From the NCBI GenBank assembly GCA_976551045.1, contig CDPCPM010000023.1, forward strand, positions 8,184,001-8,248,000: DNA of 64,000 bases, read 5' to 3'. This DNA comes from Glaucostegus cemiculus. Lineage: Eukaryota. The notes under the pieces are model-generated. The model was not told where the DNA came from. It made no database searches and saw only the letters and a program-made list of their open reading frames with translations. Shown here piece by piece: positions 48,583 to 62,043 of this stretch. Positions within the stretch are counted from its first letter, which is position 1, and each line of letters opens with the position of its first letter. Position numbers and translations under genes: made by a program.

Positions 48583-49974
48583 CTTACTGGAAGGCTGAGG
48601 CTTGTGTCAGCATTAGTTGAAGCCCCTGACTTCAGCTAGGCCACTGCCAGTGTATCCAATATTACATTTTCTCCAGCTAAGCATCCATTTTAACTTTTTT
48701 TCCTTCAGACCTTGGTTCCTTCCCCCCCCCCCCCCCCACCCTACTTCCAGTGTCCTCAGGGACCCATACCCATCATCTGACCAACATCTGATCCCCAGGT
48801 GTAATTTCACTCTCTGTTATGCCCTGCTCTGTTATGATCCTTTCTCCACTATCCCTCCCACCCTTTCTGGCTCTGACACTCCCTCACTAAATTATGTTCC
48901 TCCATCCAACTCCTACCTCCTGGATCTTAATTATCTCACCACCCACCACTTCTCTCCCCCTACAGGCAATTCTCCCTGTGACCAGTCCCAACTAACTCTC
49001 TCTGCAAAGGCAGGAGATCAAACAGTAAGTTTAACTTGGGAGTTACTGTGAAGGCCAAACCAAGAGCGCATGAGGCCATTGTTCAGATGCCCTTGCCATA
49101 TATCCATTACCATCTGTCAATCATGTACATCATTGGGGAATACATTTCAAAATCCTTGTTAAAAACAGGCTGTGTTTCTTTGAGTCAAGCCAGAAGGCAG
49201 AATGTTGTGACTCTTAAGAGCCCCCAGAGGAAAGCAAGTTTGCTACATGTTTCTAATTTGTCCCCCATCCCCTTTATTTGGGCCTATATCCATTATTAAA
49301 TAAAAGAAAAAAGGAAAGACTTCACAAAATCCCAAAGGGCTTTGGAGCTGACAATGTACTTTTGAAGAGTTGTCACTATTGTCATGTTGGAAATGCACTT
49401 TATGTAGAGCAGGGTTGCACAGACAGCAGCAATAATCAAATAGTTGTTTGGGTTGGAAGTAGCCAGATCACCACAAACCTGCCCTCTCCCCTTTTGATAT
49501 CCCATTGTGGGATACTTTATGTAAACCCCTCAGATCAATGGAACTGAAATTCATATACAATGATGTCCATTGTATAGGACATCAGTAAAACAGCTCATCT
49601 GAAACACTGGGTCTTAGTACATTTGCTATACTGATTTCTTGGGATTTGCTAGTACTATTGCTCGCCTATCTGAGGGCATTTACTGGTTTATTTTGGCTTG
49701 TGCGTACAATCTGAGGCACTGCCGTTGTGTGATGTATTGATGGTATTTCACGAGCTTCCTAGTGTATGTCAATCATTCATCAGTTAATTTGATGATTGTT
49801 CCTGATGCCCTGATACATGTATTTATGCTGCCAAAGCCTGCCACAACCATTCCAGGTTGTGCTTCAGACCCTTGCAAAATAGCATAGAACTCAGGCTAAT
49901 TATCACTGCACCAATCACCTGGTCTTGATTTAAATCCAACACTAAATAGCTCGACTTTTATAAGAACAAAACAC

Positions 49975-50260
49975 TAAGTAAGAATGCTTTATCCTAAGCT
50001 CTGCTGCCTGCCGTCTAACTCATGCCAAGTCCCATTCACTGATCACCCTCAAGCTGCTGACCTATTATTGGCTCCTGGTGCATCAATGCCTCAGTTTTAA
50101 AATACTCATCCCTGTGTTCAGATCCCCGGTGGGCTCACCCATTCTTTTTCGCACAATCTCTGAAAGGCCCATGATCCTTTGAGATATCTGCACTTTCCAA
50201 TTCTATCAAACTGCACATCTCCAGTTTGCTTCGGCTGCCTGCTCCCTGTTAGCTCCTTGA
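49975..50260 (+). mobile_element. Ancient L2-type LINE relic
   Basis: GATCACCC..GCTGCTGACCT..ATTGGCTCCTGGT...TTTTAAAATACTCATCC is a degraded ITP.L.DLHWLPV..R..FKIL motif. Confidence 0.55.
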
Positions 50261-51884
50261 ATTCTTGTACTGGACATTAAGCCAGTTGGGATTCCCATTT
50301 CTCATCCCTCAGTAATGATGCACACAGGGAGTAGTTAAGGACAGGATTATATTTGATGGTGAAGCACCACATAAGCAAACATACTGCCAATAACCACTGC
50401 CTACCTCCCTGAATGAAGCATGAAACGTAGCCTCTGTTTTGTGTAATGTGTCTCAGCATAACTCAATGCAGTCATCGGAGGGGAGGGTAGTAAGCGGAGA
50501 ACATGGCCTTAAATATATGTTTAAAGCTGCTGTACCCAGGCTAATTACCACTGGGCCTTTCAAAAGATTTGTATAATCATTTTGCGTAATATCTCAAAAA
50601 ATTCACTGAAGCACTGAAATTAGTGACAGTGTTCACGACATAATCCTCAGCAGAAAAGCTTTAAGAAATGCCATGGTAGCCTTTGAAGGGTTAAACCCTA
50701 AAGACACAGTGAACTCGTACTGCTGTGTTTATTCTTTATCCCAATTGCCTGCAACTAAAACAATCTCAACAATCTTGTGCGTAAATCCAGGGTGAAAATA
50801 CAAAAACAGACATCAGTCTCAAAATAAAAAACAGAGCCCACCAGTTTGGAAAAAAATCCTCGATGGCTCGCATTCCCAGGCTGAGCCAAGGTTCTAACCA
50901 TTTTAGAGTCTATTACAAAGCCTCCCACATGATTATGCTGAGTTGCAGTATCCGGCCAGGCAAGGCTTTCCAAACTTCATACACTGCTGGCCTTGACAGC
51001 CACTTGCTGCATTAGTTTTATGAAGTGAGCGCGATTTGTGGTGGAGTGGGGGAGGAATTCCTTTTTTAAGTACTAAGGGCTAATGTTACTTTTTAATGTT
51101 CTCTTTGCGTCAGTATGTTGCAATCTTTCATTTTCAACACATGTAGGTATTGTCACATGGGAAAAGTGTGCTGCCAATATCCTTGCACCAGGTAGGTACT
51201 AACAGTGCTGTTTGTGGACTTTGTTGCTGTAATTTTCCATTACTGAAATAAACCAATGAAAAGTTAAGTCCAATTATGCTCAGAGTACAATGTGAGATTC
51301 ACACACATTTTGTGTTGTAAAGGACCAGGCACTTGGCAGTAATACGGTTGTGATTCTATGGAGCCATGGAAATTGAGTTCTTTCGAATAATGTGCCTTCA
51401 GGATCACTGTATCTCACAAGACATTACAGCATTTGAAGAAAAAAAATCTATTTTTAACAAGTCTGAAAGCAGCCCCTTCTCTCTGTAATATTGTGAGTAT
51501 TGAAGAATAAAATGTACTCTTGATTGCGCCAAGACTTGGCCTGAGCCCTCATCCATTGTAGAGTTGCAGGATCATATTCTTTTTATCCTGCCTTACCAAT
51601 GTGGAATATTGTTCCCTCCTGTGTGCTGCCTACCATCTCGCTCAAAAGTACCTCCAAATTTAACCCTATCCTTGGCTCCATCCTTTTGCAAACTGTGAAA
51701 CTTTCTTTCGTCCTTCCCATGCTTGTCCTTTCTACTTCCTGGAGAGGAAATTTGGCCTCGGTGACACGTATGAAACGTGTAATACATTGCTTATTGACCT
51801 CTGCTTCTGAATTTCAGCTCTATTGTCATTGGAAGTATTGATTGCAAATTTCACTCTGACAGTAGTAAGCACCTTCGTGACAGG

Positions 51885-53450
51885 AGAGGTAAGAATGGGA
51901 AAAATAACCGATGGAGTCCCCGGCCATGTCCTCAGATCCTGCATGGATCAGCTAGGTGGGAGTATTTACAGACATCTTTAACCTCTCCCTGCTTCAATCT
52001 GAGGTTCCCACCTGTTTTAAGAAGACTACGATCATCCCAGTACCTAAGAAGAATAAGGTAACATGCCTTAATGACTAGTGGCTCTGGCATCCATTGTCAT
52101 GAAGTGCTTCGAGAGGCTGGTCACAGCACACAACTCCAGCCTGCCGGACAGCCTCAACCCACTGCAATTCGCCTACCACTGAAACAGGTCCACGGTGGAG
52201 GCCATCTCCCTAGCCATACACTCAACTCTGGAACACCTGGATAACAAAGACACCTACATCAGACTCCTATTTATTAACTATAGCTCTGTCTTCAGTACCA
52301 TAATTCCAAACAATCTCATCTCCAAACCCCTAGACCTAGTACTCAGCACCTCACATTGCAATTGGATCCTTGACTTCCTGACCAACAAACTGCAATTTGT
52401 AAGGACAGACAACTACACTTGCACCACGATTATTCTCAACAGTGGTGCCCCACAAGGCTGCATCGTCAGACCTTTGCTTTACTCCCTATACACTCACAAC
52501 TCTGTGGCCAGATTCTGCTCTAACTCCATCTACAAGTTCACAGATGACACCACCATAGTGGCCCAGATCTCAAACAAAGACGAATACAGGAAGGAGATAG
52601 AGAGACAGTGACATGGTGTCAAGACAACAACCTTTCCCTCAATGTCAGCAAAACAAAAGAACTGGTCATTGTGTTCAGGAAGTGGGGTGGAGTACATGTC
52701 CCTGTCTGTGTCAATGCTGCTGAGGTGGAGATGGTTGAGAGCTTCAAGTTCCCAGGTGCTAATATCACCAACAATCTGTCCTTGTCCAGCCATATGAACA
52801 CTATGGCCAAGAAAGCATACCAGTGTCACTACTTCCTCAGGAGGCTAAGAAAATTCACCATGTCTCTATTGACCCTTACCAATTTTTATAGATACACCAT
52901 CGAAAGCATTCTATCTGGATGCATCAAAGCTTGGTATGGCATCTTCTCTGCCTGTGACCGCAAGAAACTGCGGAGAGTTGTGGACCCAGCTCAGCACGTC
53001 ACGGAAGCCAGCCTCCCCTCTATTGACTCTGATACCACTTCTCACGGCCTTGGTGAAGCAGCCAGCATAACCAGACCCCACCCACCCTGGTCATTCTCTC
53101 TTCTTCCCCCCTCCACTTGGGCAGAAGATACAAAAGCCTGAAAGCATGTACCACCAGGCTCAAGAACAGCTTTTATCCCACTCTTACAAGACCTTTGAAC
53201 AGACCTCTTGTATAATAAAGGTGAACTCTTGACCTCACAATTACCTCGTCATGGCCCTTGCACCTTACTTGTCTATCTGCACTGCACTTTCTCTGTGACT
53301 GTAACACAATACTATACATTCTGTTATTGCTTTACACTTTGTAGTACCTCGATGGACTTATGTTTTGGAATGATCTGCATGGATGGCATGCAAGACAAAG
53401 TTTTCCACTGCACCTCGGTACATGTGACAATATTAAATGAATTACCAAAT
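51885..53450 (+). mobile_element. Rex1/Babar-like LINE, 5'-truncated, disrupted
   Basis: [53 protein letters not shown] and KKAYQ..YFLRRLRK, then a 3' UTR shared with 6040-6256. Confidence 0.92.
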
Positions 53451-54223
53451 AACAGAATAAAAATTAGGCAAAGTGCACAGTGTATCACTCATTTTCTTTA
53501 CTTGAAACTGGATCTACCAGGCAGCTGACATCCATTGCTGTTTCTTCAGGTCTTCTCTGGTATATCAAATGATAAGCGAACCTCTGATCCTCGTATCTGT
53601 GAGAAAAGTTATTTCTTGACAGTTGTCCTGTCATATTCCAACTGCCTACCCCTCCCTGCCCACCAAGTACACACTGGCAAGTTTGCTTTCTTAACTCTGA
53701 GCCTGTCTGACCCCAGGGTCCTGGTAGCATCTGTGCCTTCAGAGCACTCACAGTTATTCAACTTGACACAACTGGAAGCTCACAAATTACGGCAAGGTAA
53801 TGAAGCATAACGTCCAGCTAACTGCTCGCTTGGCTGGCCAGGCTTTGGATCCGAGGGCACTAACCACAGCGAAGGGTAAAACAAACCTGTTTTTATAGAT
53901 AGTTTGTGAAATGGCAAAACTCCAAATAAACAAGCTTTAATCAAACAGCCCTGCCCAGATATGAGCTAAATAAATGGTCTTTAATTACCAAACTTGGGTC
54001 CCTGTCTTCAGGCTTTTTTGTGCACACTCTCAGGACTAATAAGAAAGTTTTGCAGTTAATTAAAGGAAAGGGCTCACCAGTAAGACACTCTTTATAAAGA
54101 ATTTTTTGATTGATTTCTTTTTTTAACTTTATGTACCATCCTTGTGTAGGGGAGTGGACTTCCTGCTGACCGGATTACAGCCAGGCTGCTAGTTTATCCA
54201 AGTGTCTGTTGTCCAAGTATCTA

Positions 54224-54575
54224 AGTCATAGAGTCATACAGCTCGGAAACAAACCCCTTGGTCCACTGAGTCCACGCCAACCATAGAACACCCATTTGCA
54301 ATATTCCTATACTAAATCCCTTTTATTCTCCCCCACATTCTCATCAACTCCCCCCAGATTCTACCCCTCACCTACACACCAAGGAAAATCTACAGTAACC
54401 AACTAACCTACCAACCCGCACGTCTTTGGGATGTTGAAGGAAACCAGAGCACCAAGGGAAACCCACACAGTCGCAGGGAGAGCATGCAAATACCACATAA
54501 TGCCGAAGGTCAGGATTGAACCCAAGTTGCTGGAGCTGTGAGGCAGCAGCTCTACTATCCGTGCCACTGTGCCAC
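54224..54575 (-). mobile_element. HE1-like V-SINE
   Basis: Minus-strand head GGCACAGTGGCACGGATAGTAGAGCTGCTGCCTCACAG...GGTTCAATCC, V-domain, tail CTGTATGACTCTATGAC. Confidence 0.87.
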
Positions 54576-54792
54576 CTGACCCCACATCAGTCCACTGGTC
54601 ATACTCTTCCTTGTCAGGTTGTCTTGGGCACGAGCGGGCGCCATTACTCTGGCCATTGTATCTCCAGCTGGTTAAAGGACACAGAGGTTAATTGTACTGT
54701 CTGTTTAACTGTTGCAGCTCAGATAAGCCCATGGGGACTGAAAGCAGGATCATTCCTGCCCATCATCTGCTGGCTGAACATGCTGAATAGTT

Positions 54793-54884
54793 GCAACACA
54801 CACAAATTGCTGGAGAAACTCAGCAGGTCAGGCAGCATCTATGGAGAGAAATAACCAGTCGACATTTCGGGCTGAGACCCTTCC
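54793..54884 (-). mobile_element. Penelope-like terminal block (partial hammerhead)
   Basis: Reverse complement reads GAAGGGTCTCAGCCCGAAATGTCGACTGG...GATGCTGCCTGACCTGCTGAGTT. Confidence 0.7.
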
Positions 54885-56194
54885 CAAGATGAGAGGTTGA
54901 TCAGGCCAGCAATCTGCTAACAACTATTTCCAAACTTACCTCATCAGTGGGTGAAAGACAGCTGCCTTCCTGGTTGTGCATTTCATTGTGTCACATATTC
55001 CACCACAGTTATATGAATGGGAGACAGGATCTTGGCTGCAGATTTATGAGCCGCCAGTATAGTATTTCTTTATAATCCACGAATATGGCTAGAAAGTTGC
55101 CTGTCCTCAAGTTTTCTGATGATGTAATGTTAGACAATTCTTGAACCACTGTATTGCTTTGAGACTATTGAGTGTCTCATTAGACCACTTCAGGGTGCAG
55201 TTAAGAGTTAACTCGGTTAGTTTGGGACCAGAGTCACAAACAGCCAGACTGGGAAGAAGAACAGGTTTCCATCCATAAAGGTTGTTAATGAACCAGTTAG
55301 ACTCTTGTGACAGACTTTTTTTATAAACTGACTTCGATTTTTCAATCAGGCTTTTGTATATTTCTGCAAGATGTAGTGATTTAATTTAAGGCATTGGCTT
55401 GACTGAACCATTAGTGTCAGAGAGGTGACTTAATTGTAGAAATAGTCATTAATCAAGGCATGATTCAACATCAACTGTATGTTAATTCTGCTCCTGCACA
55501 TTATCAGGTTGAATAACTTTTCCAAGCCAGTACCTCCTGATGATGTCATTCCCATTCAGTGTTTAAACAAAAAATAGTCAACACATTGACAGAGAAAAAA
55601 GATCTTTGAGTTGATGACGGTTCTTTGTTTGATTTTTTCCAGCTCTATATCCCTTCTCTCCTGAAGGCAGACGGGGTATAGTTTCACAGGCATTCTGAAA
55701 TGCACCATGTGACCATTCGTTTTCTGGTGAACCCAGGCAGGCGGTTTCATGAGCCCACGTGACTTCTACGCGCATCACTATGGTGCATCGTGTAGCACAA
55801 GGGTGAGAAACAACGGGAGAGGGTGTCTTGCACTAATTTAATGGTATTTGGTTTAGATGTAGCCAAAGAAAGACTATCGTCCCACACATTCATCCAGCAA
55901 GCAACCTACTCAGGAAAGGTCCTGGTTTCAGTCCCTGTTAGCAGATCTGAGCCGAGATAGACGAATAACACAAATAATCTCAGTTTCTATTGGCTAGCAT
56001 GGAGATAGACAGGCCAGCAGAAAACACAGCAAGGGAGAGGATGGATGAGGGCAGTGGACTGATATGATATGTGATCTTATGCTGTCTAATGAATTTGGGC
56101 AGGTATTTCCATGACCATTCCTTAAAAAACTCGGCTGGGCTGGTTTGCATTGACTGGCCTAATGTGTGGCAGGACTTGTATTTCTGTAATAAAG

Positions 56195-56552
56195 TGTGAG
56201 TGATGGCATCCTTGTCTCTGAGTCAGAAGGTTGTGGATTCAAGGCCTACTCCCACAGACTTGAGGATGAAAATCTAGGCAGGAATGCAATGCAGTACTTA
56301 AGAGAGTGCTGGCACTGTCAGATGTGACGTAAAACTGCGAGCCCTGACCACACACCTGACTAGCCAGAAAACGTCCAAAAGCTTTATGTCAGAGAAGGCA
56401 AACTATCACTCTTGAGCTGGCCAATATTTAGCCCATATTCAAAATGATTGGTGAAAAACAGATCAGCTGGTCATAATCATTTTGTTGTCAATTTGTGGAA
56501 ATTGACTGTCATGTTTTCTACCTCATAATAAGTGTGTTCTAAGAGTACTTCA
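56195..56552 (+). mobile_element. Old Deu-domain SINE (SacSINE1-like)
   Basis: CTCTGAGTCAGAAGGTTGTGGATTCAAG..CTACTCC..AGACTTGAG...GCAGTACT..GAGAGTGCTG.CACTGTC...GGCCAATATTTA. Confidence 0.65.
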
Positions 56553-56569
56553 TCTTTTTATAGAGAATC

Positions 56570-57435
56570 GTAGAGGAATAGAGCTGTTGGCATAGAGAGA
56601 GGCCATTCAGCCTAACGAATGTGAGGTGTCTACATACAAGAGACATCCAGTTGGTAATATTCTTCAACTCTAGCCCCCTGGCCCACAAATTTATTTCTCC
56701 CTCCAGTCTCTATCCTGCACCCTTTTGAAAGCAGCAGCCATGTGTCTCCCAGTCCTTTGCAGAAGTGAATTGCAGAATGTGACCACTCACTGAGTTTTCC
56801 CTCAGGTCCTTCCTAAACTTCTGCCAGTCAGTTTCAATCTCTCTCCTCTGGTTCTCAATCCTTCATCAATGGGAATTGCTTCTCTTTTCACCCTTAGGCA
56901 CCCCCCGACCTTCAGTGCTGTAAAGAAAGCAGCCCAGCTTCAACCTGTTGAGCCTGTCCCTTGTCCTCGGGATCATTCTACCAAATGTTTTCTGCATTCT
57001 CTCTTGGGCTTTCACATCCTTCTGTATCGTAGTGGAGTAGCATCGGATGCCGTCCTCTTGTGCTGGCTAAACAATGTTTCTATAGAATTTCAACATTGCC
57101 TCCTTTCTTTTGTACCTTATGCCATGTTTTTAAAATGCCCAGAATCCCATATGCTTTATGGACCACTTTCTCAACTTATCCTGCTTCCTTCTGAATGCAC
57201 ATAAATGCCCCGATCCCTTTGTTCTTGCACTGGCTTTATATTGAATTCCATTATATTGTATTGAATTTCCTCATGTCCTGCCAATGCATCACTCAGTACT
57301 TAGATTTCATCTGCCATGTGTCTGCCATTCCACTGGTGTTTTTAACTACTTGAGCTCCATCATAATCCTCTCCATTGTTTATTGCATTTTCACATGTTAT
57401 GCCACCGGTACATATTGAAATGGTGCCCTGTGCGC
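56570..57435 (-). mobile_element. Old CR1-type LINE relic
   Basis: GAGGCCATTCAGCC tail signature, CCACTCACTGAG, and TAGATTTCATCTGCCA (minus strand WQMK.N-like). Confidence 0.55.
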
Positions 57436-57897
57436 CCAAACCCTACGGAAGCTGAAGGTGTTTAAAAGTTGGGACAAAATGCTCATATTACTTTCTTTCT
57501 GAAGGCTATACAGGACCACTTGCCGCAAAACACCAAATGTGAACTCTGAACCAGGACTGAATCAAGATAAGATTTGATGCAGTATCTTTCTACTTCTGAG
57601 TAAATAGCAATACTCATGGTCTAGCCTCAAGCAAGGAGAATGGCCACTTGAATGTGTTAATTCAGGGAGCCTAACAATTAATAATAGTAAGGTTAATTTA
57701 CATCAGTTTATGACAAAACATCTCAAGGAACTTCACAGGAATGTAATCAGACAACCACACCTGTATGGAGTTATGAAGAACTATCCAACATGTGCAGTAT
57801 AGAAGCTGTTCTGTGTTGGTATTTATGCTGTTTACGAGAGACCCCCCACCTCACTTGATCTAATGATCTAACTGTATCTGCATAACAGTCCATCAGG

Positions 57898-58199
57898 GGG
57901 CAGGCACAGCAGTGTAGCGGTTAGCATTACGCTTTAACAGCACCAGCGAGCCGGGTTTGATTCTGGCCACTGTCTGTAAGGAGTTTGTATGTTCTCCCCG
58001 TGTCTGTGTGAGTTTCCTCCGGGTGCTCTGGTTTCTTCCCACATTCCAAACATGTACAGGTTAGGAAGTTGTGGGCATTGCTATGTTGGCGCCTGAAGCG
58101 TGGCGACACTTGCGGGCTGCCCCCAGAACACTCTATGCAAAAGATGTATTTCACTGTGTGTTTCAATGTACGTGTGACTAATAAAGACATCTTATCTTA
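57898..58199 (+). mobile_element. tRNA-derived V-SINE with Rex1-type tail
   Basis: Head and V-domain as in the 33.1 kb and 44.9 kb SINEs, but the 3' part is GCTATGTTGGCGCC...TTTCACTGTGTGTTTCAATGTACGTGTGACTAATAAA plus TCTTA repeats. Confidence 0.85.
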
Positions 58200-58290
58200 A
58201 GTGAAGGGTCCGGACTCAAACCATTGACTCTCCTTTTCCCTCCATAGATGCTGCCTGCCCCACTGAGTTCCTCCAGTTTGTTCTTTGCTG
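58200..58290 (+). mobile_element. Penelope-like terminal block, degenerate
   Basis: TGAAGGGTCCGGACTCAAAC...CCATAGATGCTGCCTG..CTGAGTTCCTCCAG. Confidence 0.6.
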
Positions 58291-59356
58291 CATTTTCTCC
58301 TATTCCTTTCTCCCTCATGTGTTTATCAGTGTTTCCCTTTGAGGAATCCTTACCCCTTACATCAGTTATTCCACAATTATTCTCACCACAGCCTTGGTAG
58401 ATGAACTATTCCTGAACTCCCTACAGTTTCCTTTATGAAATATTATATATCTATGATCCCAAGTTTTAGATTCCTACACCAGTATATCTCTACGCCTGGA
58501 AAACAAAAATGTCAGTGAGGAGGAACAGAGAATTTTGGAACTGGATAAAACTGGAAAGGCAGGGACTCTGACTTCGGCCCAGAATCCATGAATGGAGATC
58601 TTTCTTTCCTGGAAATGTGGATCAATACACTGCTTTATTCATAACATTGGGAATAGCATCCTAATAATAGACAGTGGAAGCTGCTAGCCTTCAGTAAGGC
58701 TTGATTTCTTATAATATATACTGCATGGTGCAGATTAAAGGATAGCCTCAGTCTAAAAACATCCAAACTGCTGAGCCCTCACTATGATCTTATCATAATC
58801 AGGTTATTCAGGTGTGCCAGGATGTGTATTGGGTTACTCATCTCTGCTGTGTCAGATGTCACCCTTTGATAGCACTTTCCTATGCCAACATCTAAATATT
58901 TTAGAAGAATCAAATATTTAATGATTTTGCAAATCCTTCATCCCATAGGTCAATGTGAATGTGAGTTATGTAAACGAATAAACTCTTGGCGGGTTCTGTC
59001 TGTTTTCTCCAGGGTGTGGCGAAAGATTATGTATCTTCTGTCAATCTCCCCATAGGATGTATCACCATCATTCTCCCTGTCTATCTTTAGCTGGTTCTAG
59101 GCCAGTCCCAGCCGGTTCTTGTAGGGCACAAGCTTTGCACTACACGTATCTGAATCACAACATTGAAACTGATCCTCCCAAGGGGAACTTGGATTGGAGA
59201 ACAACGGCCCATCTTTCCTCGGATTAGCTAGCAGCACTGATGTTTTAGCTCCTGCCCCAGGTGTCCTGCCCCCAAACAAACAACAGCCATTTGGATTCAT
59301 ATAACACCTTTAACATGGTAAAATCAGCCAAGAAAACTCACAGGAGTGTCATCAAA

Positions 59357-59672
59357 TAGAATCAGATTTATTATCACTGACTTGTATGATGTGAAGTTTG
59401 CTGTTTTGCGGCGAGGACATAAAATTGCTATAAATTACAAAATAAATAAAAAGTGCAAACAAGGAAGGAATAATGAGGTAGTGTTCATGGGTTCATGGAC
59501 TGTTCAGAAATCTGATAGTGGAGAGGAAGAAGCTGTTTTTGAATCATTGAGTGTGGGTCCTCAGGCTCCTGTACTTCCTCCCTGATAGTTGTAACAAGAC
59601 GAGAGCATGTCCCGGATGGTGAGGGTCCTTAGTGACGAATGCCGCCTTCTAGAGGCACCACCTCTTGAAGAT
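59357..59672 (-). mobile_element. Rex1/Babar-like LINE 3' end
   Basis: Same sequence family as 24633-24942 and 44811-45400, with a CTGATT-type tail. Confidence 0.82.
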
Positions 59673-59869
59673 GAATTTGGTGCTGAGCTGAATAAGGAGA
59701 TATTACAGTAAAGCTCCAGTAATCCGATACAGGACTTTGGTGCTTCCCGACTAGTCCTCCAGACTATTGGATGTTGTTCCTATTAATGCTCCAAAATACT
59801 TCCAATTCACTTTTTTTTAGCTATTGCACAGTATTATAATAAGTTACCCAGTGAAGCTGGTGAGTTTAA

Positions 59870-59990
59870 AGGGAACACATGAAACAGGGGCCCAATAAGT
59901 CAGAAGGGAGTGCAGGAACTGGGGCCCCAGTGAGTGAGAAGGGAACACAGGGACTGTGGGGCTCCAGTGAGTGTGACGGGGAGTACAGCA
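59870..59990. repeat. Degenerate ~35-bp tandem repeat, ~3 copies
   Basis: AGGGA..CA.G.AC.GGGGC.CCA.T.AGT..GA units in tandem. Confidence 0.6.
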
Positions 59991-60184
59991 AACATCACTT
60001 GGTCAGCCAGATACCAAATCATCGTGATTTTGGAATCGTCTGATCACACATTATTGGAGTCTTACTGTGTGCTGACAACTGAAAGCTTGGATAAAGAGAT
60101 AGGGTTAACTAACATTTTAGAGGAGTGTGGATTGGAGATGTTTAGGCAGCGAATCCCAGAGCTTTGGTGTTAGAATGAAAAAAA

Positions 60185-60535
60185 GAAGTAGAAGCAGGAG
60201 TAGGACATTCAGCCCCTCGTGCCTGCTCTGTCATCCAGTAAGGTCATGCTGATCGTTTATCTCAGTGCCCCTTCCTTGAACTAATCCCATATCTCTTGAT
60301 TCTCTTAAAACCTAAAAATCTATCGATCTCTATCCTGAATAGATTCAGCAACTGAATCCCCGCAGCACCTCTGGACTGGAGAATTGCACAGATTCACCGC
60401 CCTCTGGCTGAAGGGATTTCATCTCATCTCTGTCCTGAATATCCGACCCCTTATTTTGAGACAGTGACCTGTTGATTCTGGACACCCAAGCCATGGGAAA
60501 CATCAACCCTACATCTACCCCTTCTTGCCCCATGA
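60185..60535 (-). mobile_element. CR1-type LINE 3' end
   Basis: AGCAGGAGTAGG.CATTCAGCCCCTCG.GCCTGCTC tail on the plus strand. The minus strand has degraded GRFLI and QRAVNL.NS motifs. Confidence 0.7.
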
Positions 60536-61681
60536 GATGATCACTACTCAGCTGCCACAAAGAAGCAATGAAAGTCAGGAGTAACCCTTTAGAATTAGAG
60601 GCGCAGGGACAAAGGGCAAATCAAAATGGTGGCTGCACTGTCCACAGGCAGTGTTACAGTTTGGATCTGCCTTCTTTTGGAGACAATGTTAAACCAACAC
60701 TCTCAGGTCGATGTACAAAATCGCACAGAGGTGCTCTGAAGAGATATCCCCAGGGTTCTAGCTATTATTTACCCATCACTGCTACATTTCCCACATCTTT
60801 GGGAAGTGCTACATTAGTTGTAAGGAGCTTGAGGGCATCCTCAGTTTATAAGTTGCACTATATAAATGCAAGTCCTTCAAGCACCCAGCCTCCACATCAT
60901 TAGAATGAACAGAAACTTAGCGAAGTTTCTTCACCTCTACGTGCTCCCATGTACCTGATTTTCAGTTCCACTTTGCCATTACTCGCTGCCTATGCACAGG
61001 AGAGAAATATCTGCTCTGATAAACTTGGCCACGGGCTGCAGTGCAGGTTATTTTGAAGGGAAAGTCACAAAGAAATCTATTGGCGCTGCATATGCTAACA
61101 GGGTCTGCTCCACCACATGCTGCTCAATAAATATTCAGTGTGGGTGGTGGGGACGTACTCCATCTGTGCTGACAAAACACTCTCTGTATGTGGGAGGGAA
61201 GGGGGGAGTGGGGAAGCAGTCTTAACTTGAAGCGAGGAAGTATAACGTGAGGATTCGTGAAGGGCTCTTCAGTTCCAATCTATTTGGGCTTTTTCAGGTG
61301 TGGTTGAGGTTGGAGCTCGGCTCTCGTGTTTCTTGATCCAGATGTGTGTACACCTCCCCCCCTTGTCTTTGGAGAGCCAGGGATAACATTTAAAGAAAGA
61401 AATAAACAAAAAAGAACCAAGAGAGATTGGCGTCGCTGATTGGAACACTTCGGACTCTTCAAGGGAGCACAGAGGAGGAATGACCAGGCACAGCCTTCTC
61501 AGAGAAACTCCGCAAATCTGCTTCCGTTGCTTAGGGATTAGTTGGCAAAGGTGCCAGTGTGTGTGGTCCAACGCTCCAATAAGGCGATAAAGGAAAGCAG
61601 CCCTATCAAACATCACCTGTCAGTGGAGGGATCCAAAGACTCATACTCCAAGTCAAAATAATTTTCATATCTTCCTTTTAG

Positions 61682-62043
61682 TGTGGCACAGCTAGTAGAG
61701 CTGCTGCCTTGCAGGACCAGAGACTCAGATTCAATCCTCACCTTGGGCGCTGTCTGTGCGGAGCTTTGCACGTTCTCCCTGCGACTGTGTGGGGTTTCCT
61801 CCAGATGCTCCGATTACCTCCTACAACCCAAAGACATGCAAGTTGGTAGGCTGATTAGCCACTGTAACTTGCCCCTAGTGTGTAGGTGAGTGGTAGAATC
61901 TGGGTGGGGGTGGGGGGGGTAGTGGTGGAAGTTGATGAGAATGTGGGAGAATGACAGCCGGAATTAATGCAGCATTAATTGATAGTCAGCACGGACTCAG
62001 TGGGTCGGAGGGCCTGTTTCCGTGCTGTATCTCTCTATGACTA
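61682..62043 (+). mobile_element. HE1-like V-SINE
   Basis: TGGCACAGCTAGTAGAGC head, GATTCAATCC B box, V-domain, CR1 tail GGGCCTGTTTCCGTGCTGTATCTCTCTATGAC. Confidence 0.88.
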
